A program made the translations under genes and the position numbers. Below, piece by piece: positions 61,716-64,000 of a stretch of DNA of 64,000 bases. Within the stretch, counting starts at the first letter, position 1. Every line of letters starts with the position of its first letter. Location of the stretch: positions 27,094,001-27,158,000 of the forward strand of contig CM059426.1 in NCBI GenBank assembly GCA_030390025.1, read 5' to 3'. The notes below the pieces were generated by a model. That model saw nothing but the letters and a program-made list of their open reading frames with translations, was not told the DNA's origin and made no database searches. This DNA is from Squalus acanthias (taxonomy: Eukaryota).

Positions 61716-64000
61716 ATAGAGTCATAACGGCACAGGAGGCCATTCGACCCATCGAGTCCGTGCCGGCTCTCTTTTGGGCAATCCAGTCCGTCCCATTCCC
61801 CCGCTCTATCCCCGTAGCCCTGCAAGTTTATTTCCCTCAAGTGCCTATCCAGTCTCCCCTTGAAAACATCGAGTGTCTCCGCTTCCACCACTTCCGGCGG
61901 CAGCGAATCCCAGGTCCTCACCACTCGCTGTGTAAAAAAGTTTTTCCTCACATCCCCCCTGTATCTCTTGCCCAAAACCTTAAATGTGTGTCCCCTAGTC
62001 CTTGTACCATCAACGAGTGGCAACAGCCTTTCCCCGTCTAGCCTATCCAAACCTGTCATAATCGTGTACACTTCTCTCAAATCACCTCTCAACCTCCTTT
62101 GCTCTAATGAAAACAAATCCAGCTTCTCCAACCTGTCCTTGTAGCCAAGATCCCCCATCTCCGGAACCATTCTGGTAAATCTCCTCTGCACCCTCTCAAG
62201 GGCCTTCACATCCTTCCTAAAGTGTGTTGACCAGAACTGGATGCAATACTCCAGTTGTGGTCTAACCAGTGCTTTATAAAGATTCAGCATAACTTCTCTA
62301 CTTTTGTACTCAATACCTCTATTTATGAAACCCAAGATCCCATATGCTTTGCTCACCACTCTCTCAATATGTCCCGCCACCTTCAGGGACCAATGCACAT
62401 TAACTCCCAGGTCCCTCTGTCCCTGCACACTCTTTAAAACTGCCATTAAGTGTATATTGCCTCTCCCTGTTCCTTCTGCCAAAATGCAGCACCTCACACT
62501 TCTCTATTAAATTCCATCTGCCACTTGTCTGTCCATTCTGCTAGTCTTTCTATGTCCTGTTGCAGTCGATTGGTATCACTGTTTGCCACACCCCCAAGTT
62601 TGGTGTCATCGGCAAATTTAGAAATTCTACTTTGTATTCCAATATCCAGGTCATTTATATATATCAAAAAAAAGTGGCCCCAGCACTGACCCTTGGGGAA
62701 CACCACTGTCTACCATCCTCCAGTCTGAAAAACAGCCATTTACCACAACCCGCTGTTTTCTGTCCTTAAGCCAATTCCTTATCCAAGCTGCCACTGACCC
62801 ACCTATTCTATGAGCCTCAATTTTTTTAACCAGCCTTCTATGTGGTACTTTGTCAAACGCCTTCCGAAAATCCTTGTAGACAACATCCATTGCATTCCCT
62901 TCCATCGATCCTCCGTTATTTCATCAAAGAATTCAATTAGATTAGTCAAACATGATCTGCCTTTTAGTGTTGGCTCTCCTTAATTAGCTTAAACCTCTCC
63001 AAGAGACCGTTAATTTTTTCCTTGATTATAGTTTCTAAAACTTTACCCATCACTGATGTTAAACTGTAGTTACTAGGATTGTCCTTACACCCTTTCTTGA
63101 ACAATGGTGTCACATTTGCCACTTTCCAATCCTCAGGCACATCCCCCGCATCTAGGGAAGATTGGAAAATTATGGCAAGCCCTTCCGCTATCTCCTTCCC
63201 CCAATTCCCTTAGCAACCTGGGATGCAAGCCATCTGGACCAGGCGACTTATCCACTCAAAGCATACCCAGCCTTTCTAGTACATCCTGTCTATCAATTTT
63301 CACCCCTTCCATTGCTTCTACCTTTCCTTCTGCTACTGATATTTTGTCAACATCCACCTCCTTAGTAAACACCGATACAAAGTACTCATTGAGTATTCTA
63401 GCCTTGCCCTGCGCCTCTAAGCATATAACACCTTCTTTGTCGCTAATAGGCCCCACCCCGCCTCTTGCTACCCGCTTACTGTTTACATGCCGGTAGAAGA
63501 TTTTTGGGTTCCCTTTTATGTTAACTGCATTGTACTCTCATATTCTCTCTTTGCCAATCTTATTTTCATCTTAACTTGCCCTCTCAACTTATTCTATTTG
63601 GTCCGGTTCTCCCTTGAAGAATTCACCAGACATGAAACAAAAAAAGAGGGTGTATAATACATCATCTTCTCTATCTCCCTCATCATCCAAGGAGCCCTTG
63701 CTTTGGTTCCCTTACCCTTCCCTCCTATTGGAATGTACCTAGCCTGTACTTGGAACATCACCCATTGTTCCGTTACAGTTTTTCCTGTCAGTCTTTGGTT
63801 CCATTTTACCCTGGCTAGATCCTTTCGCATCCCACTGAAGTTAGCCCTATTCCAGTTTAGAAGTTCCACTGTAGATCGTTCCTTGCTCCTCTCCATTGCT
63901 AATCTAAATCTTATGATACGATGATCACTCGTACCCAAGTGTTCTTCCCACAGACACTTGGTCAACCTGGCCCACCTCATTCCCCAGCATCAGATCCAGC
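61716..64000 (-). mobile_element. CR1 LINE ORF2 (APE end, RT and 3' end), runs off the window
   Basis: ORFs 61634-62497, 62494-62706 (FADD), 62651-62905 and 63594-63980 (LGTSDH). Confidence 0.92.

Overview
Vertebrate genomic DNA, almost certainly a cartilaginous fish (shark-type CR1/HER1 LINEs, SacSINE1-like DeuSINEs, Neptune-type Penelope elements). The only host gene I recognise is the 3' end of SMAD2 on the minus strand: four MH2-domain exons of 213/138/145/124 nt ending in ...SVRCSSMS*, followed by a long, almost repeat-free candidate 3'UTR. The rest is nested retroelements (several CR1-group families, L2, DeuSINE, Penelope), Harbinger/hAT-type non-autonomous DNA elements, and one very young full-length Mag-like Ty3/Gypsy element with a 5-bp TSD. 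Most interesting: (1) the last SMAD2 intron holds a perfect 24-nt antisense copy of the final coding exon, 29 nt downstream of the consensus donor of an unannotated 473-nt candidate poison exon, suggesting a long-range RNA-pairing splicing/editing module; (2) the Gypsy element has no tRNA PBS but a 13-nt sequence complementary to its own LTR (candidate self-priming); (3) a Gly-to-Ser change between SMAD2 Tyr366 and Trp368; (4) Penelope-derived minimal hammerhead ribozymes, including a near-perfect palindrome in a SMAD2 intron. Repeat boundaries were read by eye and are approximate unless a TSD, TIR or splice site is quoted.
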